Shown piece by piece: positions 34,524 through 44,385 of a stretch of 64,000 nucleotides of DNA. Positions within the stretch are counted from its first letter, which is position 1. Every line of letters begins with the position of its first letter. The translations under genes and the position numbers were made by a program. This DNA comes from Planctomycetota bacterium (lineage in GTDB: Bacteria > Planctomycetota > Planctomycetia > Planctomycetales > Planctomycetaceae), in NCBI GenBank assembly GCA_017859815.1, contig JAFMMM010000002.1:714-64713 (forward strand), written 5' to 3'. Under the pieces are notes generated by a model. That model worked only from the letters and a program-made list of their open reading frames with translations, did not search any database and had not been told where the DNA came from.

Positions 34524-35336
34524 ATGACTCAGTCAATTTTTGACCTCACCGGCCAAACGGCTGTTGTTCTGGGTGGAACCGGCGTACTCGGCGGGGGTAT
34601 GGCATCAGCACTGGCTGCTGCAGGGGCCGCTGTTGCCGTTGTTGGTCGAAGCGAAGAACGCGGTGCACAGCGAGTCGCCGAAATTGAAGCTGCAGGTGGG
34701 CGTGCCATTTTCCAGGCCGCAGATGCACTCGATACCCAATCACTCCAGCAGGCCCGGGACGCAATCAACGAGAAGATCGGCCCGGTCTCGGTATTGGTTG
34801 CAGCCGCTGGAGGTAACCGGCCCGACGCCACACTCCCGCCTGGCAGTAACTTCTGCGAACTGCCGCGTGATGCATGGAACGGCGTCTTCGATCTGAATCT
34901 TGTCGGTGGTGCACTGCTGCCCGCTCAGGTCTTCGGCGAAACCATGCTCGAACAGGGACGAGGCAGCATCATCAATATTGCATCCATGTCCGGCATGATC
35001 CCGCTCTCGCGGGTCGTCGCTTACTCGGCCGCCAAAGCTGCTGTGATCAACTTTACTCAGTTCCTTGCTCGGGAGTGGGCGCAGCGTGGTGTCCGCGTGA
35101 ACGCGATCAGCCCGGGCTTTTTCCCGGCAGAGCAGAACAAGAAACTTCTGTTTCAGGATGATGGCAGCTACACAGAACGAGGACAGCAGATCATCGGGCA
35201 CACCCCCATGGCTCGTTTTGGTGAGGCACAGGAACTTGCTGGCGCCGTGGTCTGGCTGGCCGCTGAAAAAGCTTCATCCTTTGTCACCGGTCAGAATATT
35301 GTCGTCGACGGTGGTTTCTCCTCAACCACGATCTGA
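34524..35336 (+). CDS. SDR-family oxidoreductase (UxuB-type / sugar-acid dehydrogenase-like)
   Basis: It has the cofactor-binding glycine motif VLGGTGVLGG and the catalytic YSAAK, followed by PGFF...QN. The overall pattern resembles SDR-type D-mannonate oxidoreductases. GGAAG lies upstream of the ATG. Confidence 0.85.
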   Translation: MTQSIFDLTGQTAVVLGGTGVLGGGMASALAAAGAAVAVVGRSEERGAQRVAEIEAAGGRAIFQAADALDTQSLQQARDAINEKIGPVSVLVAAAGGNRPDATLPPGSNFCELPRDAWNGVFDLNLVGGALLPAQVFGETMLEQGRGSIINIASMSGMIPLSRVVAYSAAKAAVINFTQFLAREWAQRGVRVNAISPGFFPAEQNKKLLFQDDGSYTERGQQIIGHTPMARFGEAQELAGAVVWLAAEKASSFVTGQNIVVDGGFSSTTI

Positions 35337-35447
35337 AGCGACTGTTCTGTGGCCAACGTTGCGCATCAGGAGGACAGCGAACGTCGGTACCGACAGATTC
35401 ACAGAGAGCGATCATGGAGGACAGTGATTTGTACAGGCTTGAAAACA

Positions 35448-37361
35448 ATGTCCTCACTATCTTCGGAAACTGATTTTTCCGGACTGAAAACAGGGAAGCA
35501 GGCATCACGTGAGCTGCGACAGGCAATTTCTGATTGCGATGCAGTTCAGGTTCAGCGGCTGTGGCGGGAAACGACTGCTGATCCCGCCGAAAAAATTGCC
35601 GCCGGCTTGATGGACTGCGGACTTGCAAGTCTGTGGTCCGTTGAGTGGAGTCCGCTGACGGACCGCGAGCGAATGCTGGCCAGTCAACTGGAACAGCTGT
35701 CACCTGATCAGATCTCAGCTCTGCAAAACGGTGACCGCAGGAAAGACGCGCGGCAACTGGATGCAATCCTCCAGGAATGGATCGGTACGCAGTCGCTGAT
35801 CGTCACTGGCTGGGAAGCGGTGGCTGTCGCAGAAGTGCTGATCCGCTTTGGAGCGCACGCAGCCCCGGAACTGTATGTGTCATGTTTATCACGGCTTGCC
35901 GAAGCCGTTTATGGCGCAGGAACAATCGACGATCCTTTCTCTGTAGCCGAGACTGGTTCGCCAACGACTCTGCGGGAAAAACTGATGGTGCTGACCCCAC
36001 GGGCTGAGGCACCCCATCTGTGTTCACTGCTGCTCAACCCGCTGGGGCGCAGCTCGAAAACACAGAAGTCTGCTGCCGGGCGAATCACCGAATTTCTCAG
36101 CCAGGCAACCGACGCGGATGGCGTGCCGCACGCCGAAGTCATCGATCGACTGCAGGAACTGCTGACGCCACTCGCCCGTGCGACGCTCTGGGCGGATTCA
36201 TTTGGACAGACTTTGTGGGAAGAATCCGATCTGATTCGCCTGCAGAATCTGACAGCAAGAACCGGCGTGATGTGCCAGCCTTTCCAGGGCAGCGTCAGTC
36301 CGGATCAGGCTGCGCCAACCGAATTGCGATTCCCGCGGCAGCCCCTGCGACTTCTGCTCCACGTCTGTGAACCCGGATTTGCTCCGCGACTGAACAAGTT
36401 GCTGGACCGCAGCGAAACGATCGTGAGTGAAGTTCGGAAGGCTGGCAAACACCCGCTGGTTTCTGACGAGGATGGTGAAGATCCCACATCTGCAGTCCTG
36501 CGTGCTGCATTTCAGTCAGATCATTCCCACGTCGCGGTGATGAGATCATCCCTTCGGTATGATGCAGATCTGATTGTTGTCAGCTGGCAGGAAGGCAGGG
36601 TGCGGCTCCGGATCACGACCGCTGGTCGAACAATTATCGACGGCGTCTGGGACTGGTCCGCACGATGGAATAATGAGGCTGTGGAATGTCCTGAACAATG
36701 GAAATGCAGTTGCTGGTTTGAGGATCAGGACTGTGTCTTCGTGGAGCTCGAGGGAGATTCCGCAACCGGACTCCGCTGTTCTCGCCAGATTATGCTCTCA
36801 AATCGAAAACACTTCTGCATCTTGACGGACTCGGCAACATCCGGGACGGACGAGCAGACTGTGCAGTTGACAACAGCCCTGCCGGTGGCGTCTGAAAGCA
36901 CATTCTTCCCCGACACAATTACCCGCGAAGTACTTTTGAATAATGGAATCGCAGCTGTCCGCAGCTTCCCGCTCTGGTTGCAGGACGATCGGATTCAGCA
37001 TGACACTGGCCAGTTCGTCGAACATGACGGACAACTTGAATTATCAGGAGCCGGGCAGGGCGGTGTCACAATGCCCCTCGCACTGGACTGGAGTCCGAAA
37101 CGGCGATATCAGCCTGCGGACTGGGGTCGTTTGACAGTCACCGAGGCAGGTCGCGTCTGCGGCCCGCATCAGGCATCCGGCTTCCGTGTGCGGACTGGGC
37201 GATTTCAGGTTATGCTTTATCGCAGCCTGATCACGCCTGACGTTCCGCGAGCGGTGCTTGGGGTTCATACGGCCGATGAAACTCTGTATGCGCGCGTGAG
37301 GGGTGTTGACCGTGACTTCAAACCAATTGTCCAGGTGGAAGCATCGGATACCGCCGATTAG
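35448..37361 (+). CDS. Hypothetical protein (637 aa)
   Basis: Long ORF with balanced composition. Start placed at ATG 35448, because the ORF-track GTG 35349 extension is R-rich. The N-terminal half is helical-looking and the C-terminal half beta-rich. No motif recognised. Confidence 0.7.
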   Translation: MSSLSSETDFSGLKTGKQASRELRQAISDCDAVQVQRLWRETTADPAEKIAAGLMDCGLASLWSVEWSPLTDRERMLASQLEQLSPDQISALQNGDRRKDARQLDAILQEWIGTQSLIVTGWEAVAVAEVLIRFGAHAAPELYVSCLSRLAEAVYGAGTIDDPFSVAETGSPTTLREKLMVLTPRAEAPHLCSLLLNPLGRSSKTQKSAAGRITEFLSQATDADGVPHAEVIDRLQELLTPLARATLWADSFGQTLWEESDLIRLQNLTARTGVMCQPFQGSVSPDQAAPTELRFPRQPLRLLLHVCEPGFAPRLNKLLDRSETIVSEVRKAGKHPLVSDEDGEDPTSAVLRAAFQSDHSHVAVMRSSLRYDADLIVVSWQEGRVRLRITTAGRTIIDGVWDWSARWNNEAVECPEQWKCSCWFEDQDCVFVELEGDSATGLRCSRQIMLSNRKHFCILTDSATSGTDEQTVQLTTALPVASESTFFPDTITREVLLNNGIAAVRSFPLWLQDDRIQHDTGQFVEHDGQLELSGAGQGGVTMPLALDWSPKRRYQPADWGRLTVTEAGRVCGPHQASGFRVRTGRFQVMLYRSLITPDVPRAVLGVHTADETLYARVRGVDRDFKPIVQVEASDTAD

Positions 37362-37417
37362 ATCGCGGCAGGGATTCCCGCTTCACATCCGAAATCATCC
37401 GAACGCCGGAGAACGAG

Positions 37418-38110
37418 ATGCTCAGAGACCACTGCTTCAGAACGATCCTGCTTGCTGCAGTCATTTTGACACTGAATGGCACACTGTCGGCAGATGATCC
37501 GTTCCCCGCTCCCGCAGGTATGAAACTGGTCTACAGCCATGACTTTGAAGACCACACCATGGCTCGCTACGAGCCGACGGACTCGTCCGCATGGAAACTT
37601 CAGCAGGACAGTAAGAATGCCGTCGCCTCGCTGATCAAACGAAACAGTGACTTCAAGCCCCCGCATCGATCCCCGCTCAATCGCACTCTGATTCGGGACT
37701 TGACGGTGGACAGCTTCGTCATGGACATTCGGTTGCAGTCGACGATCCCGGACTATGGTCATCGCGATCTGTGTTTATTCTTTGGTTATCAGGATGACGC
37801 TCATCTGTACTACGTCCACTTTGGAAAACAGATGGACGATCACGCCAATCAGATCTTCATCGTTAACGATGCTCCTCGAACAAAGATTTCCACATCGACA
37901 ACAAAAGGAACACCCTGGACAGACGATTGGCATCAGGCTCGCATCGTGCGTCTCGCAGAAACCGGTGAGATCAGGATTTACTTTGATGATCTCAGCAAAC
38001 CGATCATGACAGCAACGGACAAATCCTTCCCACGCGGTCGACTGGGTTTTGGTTCGTTTGATGACACCGGCAATTTTGACGACATTCGTATCTACACTCC
38101 GACACCCTGA
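37418..38110 (+). CDS. Secreted concanavalin/LamG-like (DUF1080-like) protein
   Basis: The signal peptide is MLRDHCFRTILLAAVILTLNGTLSADD. The C-terminal FGSFDDTGNFDDIRIY and W..A.I pattern recall DUF1080/LamG beta-sandwich proteins. The fold assignment is tentative. Confidence 0.6.
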   Translation: MLRDHCFRTILLAAVILTLNGTLSADDPFPAPAGMKLVYSHDFEDHTMARYEPTDSSAWKLQQDSKNAVASLIKRNSDFKPPHRSPLNRTLIRDLTVDSFVMDIRLQSTIPDYGHRDLCLFFGYQDDAHLYYVHFGKQMDDHANQIFIVNDAPRTKISTSTTKGTPWTDDWHQARIVRLAETGEIRIYFDDLSKPIMTATDKSFPRGRLGFGSFDDTGNFDDIRIYTPTP

Positions 38111-38152
38111 CCTGTCCCCCCCTTTAACGCTCGGTCCACAGGAACGCAAACT

Positions 38153-38551
38153 GTGAAATGGATCTCCGCTGACCAGCACGATCTGGTCCCGGCGTCTCAT
38201 GAAGACCCCCGCTCCCCTGGTGTACTCAAACGCGTCCTCGCAGGTCGCGAAGACTTCCAGGCCGGGCATGTGCAGATGCTGAATTGGGCTGTCCTTCCTG
38301 GACTCTCCTCGTTTCAGCCACACTACCATGAAGACATGCAGGAGATCTTTGTCATCATCAGCGGCTCGGTCGAAATGACCGTCAGCGGAGAATCACGTCG
38401 TCTCAACAGCGGTGACGCCGTCCTGGTGGACCCGGAGGAGATCCACGTGATGAGGAATCTGCTGGAAACGGAAGCGGAGTATCTTGTCTTTGGCGTCTCT
38501 TCCGGAAAGGACGGTCGCACAATCAACGTCAACAGCAATGGCAGCTGCTGA
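38153..38551 (+). CDS. Cupin-domain protein
   Basis: Cupin motif 1-like PHYHEDMQEIFVIISG and motif 2-like GDAVLVDPEEIHVMRN are present. The GTG start has AGGAA upstream. Confidence 0.8.
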   Translation: MKWISADQHDLVPASHEDPRSPGVLKRVLAGREDFQAGHVQMLNWAVLPGLSSFQPHYHEDMQEIFVIISGSVEMTVSGESRRLNSGDAVLVDPEEIHVMRNLLETEAEYLVFGVSSGKDGRTINVNSNGSC

Positions 38552-38656
38552 TCTTTTCGATTGGCAGCCGCAGCTTCACGCGACAAAATATTGGCCGCAC
38601 CCGGGCGGATGCCGGCCAAAACCCCTTTCACAGATCGCACGGGAAGATCGTTCAAA

Positions 38657-39199
38657 ATGAAAATCCGTCTGGGATCCACAGCACTGGAAGTCGTCCAGGG
38701 TGATATCACTCAGCAGGACACGGATGCAATCGTCAATGCGGCCAACAGCCAGCTCGCCGGAGGTGCCGGTGTTGACGGTGCAATTCATCGTGCGGGTGGT
38801 CCTTCCATTATGCAGGAGACAAGCGAGCGTTATCCCGAAGGGTGCCCGCCTGGCGAAGCCGTGGTGACGGCCGCTGGGCAGCTCGCGGCGAAGTGGGTGA
38901 TTCACACCGTCGGACCGATTTGGCAGGATGGTCGCCAGGGTGAACCGGCGCTGCTGGCAAAAGCCTGTCGCTCCTGTCTTTTTCACGCTCTGGATCTGGG
39001 CTGTGAGAGTCTCGCATTCCCGGCCATCAGCGCGGGGGCTTACGGCTACCCACTGGACCTGGCAGCAAACAATCTGCTGAAGACAGCCATGGATTTTGTC
39101 CGTTGGCATCGGGGGCCGAAGCTGGTTCGATTTGTGGTCTTCGATGATCCAGCGAAAGAAGAATTCGAGCGGGCATTGCGGGAGGTGGTGCCGAAATGA
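38657..39199 (+). CDS. Macro-domain protein (O-acetyl-ADP-ribose deacetylase-like)
   Basis: GDITQQDTDAIVNAANSQLAGGAGVDGAIHRAGG and FPAISAGAYGYP are classic macro-domain blocks. Start at ATG 38657. Confidence 0.9.
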   Translation: MKIRLGSTALEVVQGDITQQDTDAIVNAANSQLAGGAGVDGAIHRAGGPSIMQETSERYPEGCPPGEAVVTAAGQLAAKWVIHTVGPIWQDGRQGEPALLAKACRSCLFHALDLGCESLAFPAISAGAYGYPLDLAANNLLKTAMDFVRWHRGPKLVRFVVFDDPAKEEFERALREVVPK

Positions 39200-40035
39200 C
39201 TTCCGCACGGGTCGATGTATTTCGGGCATCAGACGGCTATCCCATTCAATTCCGTCGCTGGGATGCTCAGGGCGAGGTACGGGGCATCATTCTTGCCCTG
39301 CATGGGATTCAAAGCCACTCCGGCTGGTATCAATGGTCTTCTGAATTCCTTGCCCAAAACGGATACCATGTCTGGGCAGCAGATCGCCGCGGGTCCGGCC
39401 TCAACGGGCGGAATCGTGGCCATGCGGAACACGGCGAACAACTCATCAACGATCTTCGAGCCCTGCGAATCCGAGCACTGCGCAGTTGCGGAAGTCAGCT
39501 TCCTGTGAGTCTCATGGGAGTCAGCTGGGGAGGCCGACTGGCAGCAGCGTCAGCAGTCATGTACCCCGCAGAATTTGAACGGGTTGTACTGCTCTATCCC
39601 GGAATTGTCACAGTACAGGGTCCGACACGGTTGCAGAGACTTCGACTGCGACTTGCTCGTCACCTCCAAATCGTACGGGACTTCATCCCGATTCCACTCA
39701 CATCTCAGTTGTTCACAGGAATCCCGGACTGGCAGCAATTCATTGACGATGATCCGCTTTCACTGCGAACAGTGACCAGTTCATTTCTGAATGCGGGCAG
39801 CGATCTCGACGCCATTCTGCAAGACGACAGCGCGACGGTTCTGGCCCCGGTCAAACTGATCCTTGCGGGCCGGGATCAGATCGTTGACAACCCGGCCACT
39901 GAACAACTCACCAGAAGAATTTCGCCTCGCATCAGCGTCGATTACTGGCCCGACGCATGCCACACGCTGGAGTTCGAACCACAGCGCGGAGAGATCTTCT
40001 CGCACCTGCTGAACTGGCTCAACACAGCTCAATAG
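39196..40035 (+). CDS. Alpha/beta hydrolase (lysophospholipase/monoglyceride-lipase-like)
   Basis: The HG oxyanion motif (LALHGIQSHSGWY) and nucleophile elbow (GVSWGG) are present. The ATG overlaps the macro-domain stop (ATGA). Confidence 0.85.
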   Translation: MTSARVDVFRASDGYPIQFRRWDAQGEVRGIILALHGIQSHSGWYQWSSEFLAQNGYHVWAADRRGSGLNGRNRGHAEHGEQLINDLRALRIRALRSCGSQLPVSLMGVSWGGRLAAASAVMYPAEFERVVLLYPGIVTVQGPTRLQRLRLRLARHLQIVRDFIPIPLTSQLFTGIPDWQQFIDDDPLSLRTVTSSFLNAGSDLDAILQDDSATVLAPVKLILAGRDQIVDNPATEQLTRRISPRISVDYWPDACHTLEFEPQRGEIFSHLLNWLNTAQ

Positions 40036-40078
40036 CGTCGGCACAGGGACCTTCAATGCCGGCAGAACCGCGAACTGA

Positions 40079-40600
40079 TCAGAACAACGGCGTCTGTCGT
40101 CCCAACAGAGACGCATCGTCCAGCGAATCTGTGTTTCGGAACGGATCAGACGACACTCCGATCGAAACGGGACGTGTCGTGATTCCAACAGAACGGCGTG
40201 GCAAAGACGATGAAGCAAGTCTGCCCTGCGGATCTGTCTGCAGGACCTGTTCCAGTTTCCTGTCCACTGCTGAAGCGACCACGGAGCGATCATCCTCCAG
40301 CTGCGGACTTGTTTCCGGAACATCAGCCAGTTCAGGCTGCAGTTTCTGAGCCTGCTGCAGCAGTGTGACGCGACGGTTCAGGGAAGCGGACTCCGGAATC
40401 AATTCCAGAGCTCGCTGATAGGAATTCTGTGCAGCGGCGTAGTTGCCGCGAAATTCGTGGAACTCGGCGACCTGAATCAGGCGGTCCGCTGCTTCGGCAG
40501 ATGTTCCAGGGCCACGCTGGTAGAGTGCCATTCCAACAGAGCAACCTGCCAGAGAGGAGCCGATTGCTGCAACTAGTGTCAATGAAATGACTGCCTTCAT
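40079..40600 (-). CDS. Lipoprotein with TPR-like repeat
   Basis: The signal peptide carries a lipobox (MKAVISLTLVAAIGSSLAGC). There is one TPR-like helix pair (FRGNYAAAQNSYQRALELIP) and a low-complexity C-terminus. Confidence 0.65.
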   Translation of the reverse strand: MKAVISLTLVAAIGSSLAGCSVGMALYQRGPGTSAEAADRLIQVAEFHEFRGNYAAAQNSYQRALELIPESASLNRRVTLLQQAQKLQPELADVPETSPQLEDDRSVVASAVDRKLEQVLQTDPQGRLASSSLPRRSVGITTRPVSIGVSSDPFRNTDSLDDASLLGRQTPLF

Positions 40601-40831
40601 AGCTTTCTTCGACTCGCTCTGTATTCAGTGATATCAAGACTGACCCTTTGGGGAAGGATCGTCTGACCGGTGTGAATCACATGAACCGTAGGAAACGGCA
40701 GTAATCGAATTAGCGATTGTGCGGCCGAGGAATGCATCAAGCCCGCAGAATCGGAATAATTTGACAGCGTCGGACCGGCAGAAACTGCCGGTTCACTGAT
40801 GATGATGCTGGCGACAGACAGCCGCTTCTGC

Positions 40832-42310
40832 TCAGAAAGCAGGACGGCGAGCAGGATCAATCGCTACTGGATGCTCAGAATTACACCCACCTGCCACAGG
40901 CAGAAGCTTCCCGGGACTGCACAGTCCGTCCGGATTAAAGACACGGCGAACATCGTGCATCACGGCAAGATCATCCTCTGTGAACAGTCGAGACATGAAG
41001 CTGATCTTTTCGACCCCAATGCCGTGTTCTCCTGTCACACTGCCACCAAGATCAATGCAGCGATTGAGGATCTCATCACTGGCCAGCAGAACTCGCTGAA
41101 TCTGATCAGCATCTCGTTCGTCAAACAGCAGGATCGGATGAATGTTCCCGTCTCCGGCGTGGAAGACATTGACGATTCTGAGATCGTGCTTCCGTTCCAT
41201 TTCCTGAATGAAGCTGAGGATTTCCGGCAGCCGTGTTCTCGGTACAACGCCATCCTGCGTACAGCAACTGGGCGCTAATCTGCCAATAGCCCCAAACGCC
41301 TGTTTCCGACACTTCCACAGCAGAGCGCGATCCGCTTCGGTCTTTGACTGCCTGACTTCAGCGGCACCGGCCTCGTTACACAGTTGGACAATGGTCTCAG
41401 CTTCGCGATCGAGTGCACAATCCAGTCCGTCGACTTCGATCAAGAGAACAGCCCCGGCATCCAGCGGAAAGCCAAACTGAAATGCCTCCTCCAGCGCACC
41501 GATGATCCCCTGGTCCATCATCTCCAGGGCGGCCGGAACAATCCCGGCCCCGATGATGCTGCTGATCGCCTGAGTGGCATCGGACACCGTATTGAACACC
41601 CCCAGCATCGTTCGGGTCGCAGCCGGATCACGAGTCAGGCGAACCCAGATACGGGTGACCACACCAAAGGTGCCCTCATTGCCCACGAATAAACCGGTTA
41701 AATCCGGACAGTTGCCGCGGCCGCACGGTCCACCAAGAGTAACCAACCGACCCTCTGGCGTTACAAATTCCACACCCAGAACATGATTGACGGTGACGCC
41801 ATACTTCAGGGTATGGGGGCCGCCGGAATTCGTGGCAACATTCCCGCCAATGGTGCAGGCACTCTGGCTGCTGGGATCAGGAGCATAATGGAACCCGGTC
41901 CCTGCCAGCGCTCTGGTCAGCTTCAGATTCACACAGCCGGGCTCGACAACCGCATAACGATCTCTCGTACTGATCTCCAGAATTTTGTTCATCCGTGTCA
42001 GCGTAATCATCACTCCACCGGTGACCGGCAGACTGCCGCCGGCAAGGCTCGTTCCCGCACCTCGGGCCAGAAACGGGATTCGCCTGCGATTGCATGCCAG
42101 AACAATCTGCCGAACTTCATCGGCTGTCTCCGGAAAGACAACCACGTCCGGAGAATTCTTTTCGATGACGTAGCCATCGCACTCATAGACAACCAGTTCG
42201 TCCTCGGCATCGAGTACCCGATCCGAAGATGTGATGGTCCGCAGCTCTTCAATGAACTGCGATGTGACCTCCGGGTGCGCCCCGCCATGCGTTTGTGATG
42301 CCGATGTCAT
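40832..42310 (-). CDS. FAD-linked oxidase (GlcD / D-lactate dehydrogenase-like)
   Basis: The FAD_binding_4-type N-terminal domain (RGAGTSLAGGSLP) and the C-terminal FAD-oxidase domain (GTFGVVT, EHGIGVEK) are present. No glcE/glcF genes are adjacent. Confidence 0.88.
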   Translation of the reverse strand: MTSASQTHGGAHPEVTSQFIEELRTITSSDRVLDAEDELVVYECDGYVIEKNSPDVVVFPETADEVRQIVLACNRRRIPFLARGAGTSLAGGSLPVTGGVMITLTRMNKILEISTRDRYAVVEPGCVNLKLTRALAGTGFHYAPDPSSQSACTIGGNVATNSGGPHTLKYGVTVNHVLGVEFVTPEGRLVTLGGPCGRGNCPDLTGLFVGNEGTFGVVTRIWVRLTRDPAATRTMLGVFNTVSDATQAISSIIGAGIVPAALEMMDQGIIGALEEAFQFGFPLDAGAVLLIEVDGLDCALDREAETIVQLCNEAGAAEVRQSKTEADRALLWKCRKQAFGAIGRLAPSCCTQDGVVPRTRLPEILSFIQEMERKHDLRIVNVFHAGDGNIHPILLFDERDADQIQRVLLASDEILNRCIDLGGSVTGEHGIGVEKISFMSRLFTEDDLAVMHDVRRVFNPDGLCSPGKLLPVAGGCNSEHPVAIDPARRPAF

Positions 42311-42411
42311 TCAATCGTCCGAAACGAACAAGAGTTGCTGCGTCGCCCCCGGCGATATGGCCGCGAGACCGACAGGCCCCCCGGCAGGTTACCAGAATTC
42401 CGCCGGAACAG

Positions 42412-43566
42412 TCAGTGTCCGGCTTCCGGATTCAGCATCTCTGCCGCAACGGTGTCGGCCAGCAGCAGCCCATCCGGAGTGAGTCGCAGTGTGCCCTCAA
42501 CAAGTTCCAACAGACCCTGGTCCCGAAGTCGCCGGACGGTGCCGCCCGCAAATTGCTGCAGCTGAATCGAAAAACGATCCTCAAAATCTCTGACAAGGAA
42601 GCCTTCCCGCAGACGCAGTGCCAGCATCAACGCCTCGCTGACTCGATCAGCATGGCCAAGTGTCTCGGTCTCCTCCAGACAGGCCTGATCTGACTCCCAC
42701 GAATTCAACCACCGGAGCACGCTGCGGCAATTCGTTGAACGTATTCCGCCAACATACCGAGCAGCCCCCGGCCCGAAAGCGAGGTATTCCTTTGCATGCC
42801 AGTAAACGAGGTTGTGTCTGCATCGAAAACCACGACGTGCATAGTTGGACACTTCATAGTGCTCAAAACCCGCCTGCTGAAGAACATCGATGCCCCGCAG
42901 AAACATCTCGCGTTCGAGTTCCTCAGTGGCCCGCATCATCCGCCCCTGCTGTTCTCTGCGATAAAAGGACGTGCCCTGTTCCCAGGTGAGTCCGTACGCT
43001 GATACATGCTGAACCGGAAGGCTTACCGCTCTCCGAAGTGTCTGCTCCCACGACACGTTACTCTGCTCCGGCACGCCAAAAATCAAGTCGAGGCTGACGG
43101 CTGGAAATCGCGCGGCAACACGCCGGACTGCATCCTCGGCCACATCAGCCGTGTGAGCTCGCTCAAGGACCTTTAACACGGTGTCGTCGAATGACTGCAC
43201 TCCCAGACTGATGCGGTTGACACCACCCCTTTGCAGCGCTTCGAGCCGTTCCTCATCAAGCGCTTCAGGATTTGCCTCCATCGAGATTTCGGCATCATCA
43301 GACCATTCAAAATGAGACCTGATCAGCTCTAACAGCCTGTGCAGCTGCCCGGCATCAAGATGCGTCGGCGTGCCACCACCAAAGAACACCGTGGACACCG
43401 GCAGACGCATCCCGGCTTGCTCGCGGTGAACCTGCAGTTCCCGTCCGAGGCAGTCAAACCAGCGGGGAATCAGCTGATCGCGATCTGCAACGAGCGTGAA
43501 GTCGCAATAGCCGCACCGACGAAAGCAAAACGGTACGTGTATGTAGACAGCCTCAGGCCACGTCAT
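42412..43566 (-). CDS. hemW: Radical SAM heme chaperone HemW (HemN-like, oxygen-independent coproporphyrinogen oxidase family)
   Basis: The CFRRCGYCDF radical-SAM cluster motif follows HVPFC. The length (384 aa) and HemN_C-like tail also fit. Confidence 0.88.
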   Translation of the reverse strand: MTWPEAVYIHVPFCFRRCGYCDFTLVADRDQLIPRWFDCLGRELQVHREQAGMRLPVSTVFFGGGTPTHLDAGQLHRLLELIRSHFEWSDDAEISMEANPEALDEERLEALQRGGVNRISLGVQSFDDTVLKVLERAHTADVAEDAVRRVAARFPAVSLDLIFGVPEQSNVSWEQTLRRAVSLPVQHVSAYGLTWEQGTSFYRREQQGRMMRATEELEREMFLRGIDVLQQAGFEHYEVSNYARRGFRCRHNLVYWHAKEYLAFGPGAARYVGGIRSTNCRSVLRWLNSWESDQACLEETETLGHADRVSEALMLALRLREGFLVRDFEDRFSIQLQQFAGGTVRRLRDQGLLELVEGTLRLTPDGLLLADTVAAEMLNPEAGH

Positions 43567-43590
43567 TGAAGATTTCCGGGCGAGTCGTAA

Positions 43591-44325
43591 TCAGGCAGCT
43601 TCCTGCTGCAAAACCTTCTGAATCCGACCTTCCTCGAGCCGTACTGTTCGATGAGCCTGTGCGGCAATCGCTTCATCATGAGTAACCATCACGATGGTGA
43701 GCTGCTGTTCCCGGTTCAGCCGCTTCAATAGTTCCATGATCCCATGCCCGGTCTCTGCATCCAGATTTCCAGTGGGTTCATCTGCCAGCAGGATCTCCGG
43801 CTTGCCGATGAGAGCGCGAGCAATTGCTCCACGCTGCATTTCACCGCCGGACAACTCTGACGGACGATGATGGACTCGGTGAGACAGCCCCACCTGGTCG
43901 AGGATTTCGAGAGCCGCTGCGCGTGTTTCCTTACGCTTCCTCCAGAAATCAAGGATCGAGTGGCGAATCATCAACGGAGCCATCACGTTTTCGAGCAGGG
44001 AGAGTTCGGGCATCAGATGATAAAACTGGAAGATGAAACCAAAGACACGGTTTCGCAACTGATCCCGTGCGGCAGCATTCAGATTGTCAATCCGCTGGCC
44101 ATCAAGATGAACTTCGCCAATATCCGGGGAATCCAACAGCCCCATGACATGCAGCAGCGTGCTCTTCCCGGACCCGCTTTGGCCAATCACCGACACAAAC
44201 TCGCCGCGATGAGCCGTCAGTCCGGCTCCGCGTAAGACGGGAACCTTGTGCTGGCCCTTCAGGTAAGACCGTGAAATTGCTTCAGCGGAAATCAGTGGCC
44301 TCGTCATTTTGCAGATCTCAGTCAT
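43591..44325 (-). CDS. ABC transporter ATP-binding protein (LolD/MacB-type)
   Basis: It has Walker A GQSGSGKST, signature LSGGEMQR and Walker B ILLADEPTGNLD. ATG 44307 is an alternative start. Confidence 0.9.
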   Translation of the reverse strand: MTEICKMTRPLISAEAISRSYLKGQHKVPVLRGAGLTAHRGEFVSVIGQSGSGKSTLLHVMGLLDSPDIGEVHLDGQRIDNLNAAARDQLRNRVFGFIFQFYHLMPELSLLENVMAPLMIRHSILDFWRKRKETRAAALEILDQVGLSHRVHHRPSELSGGEMQRGAIARALIGKPEILLADEPTGNLDAETGHGIMELLKRLNREQQLTIVMVTHDEAIAAQAHRTVRLEEGRIQKVLQQEAA

Positions 44326-44385
44326 GGCGAAAAATTCCGTTGCGGTGAATCCTTGACGGTGTACAGGGCTGCTGCACGCAACTGA

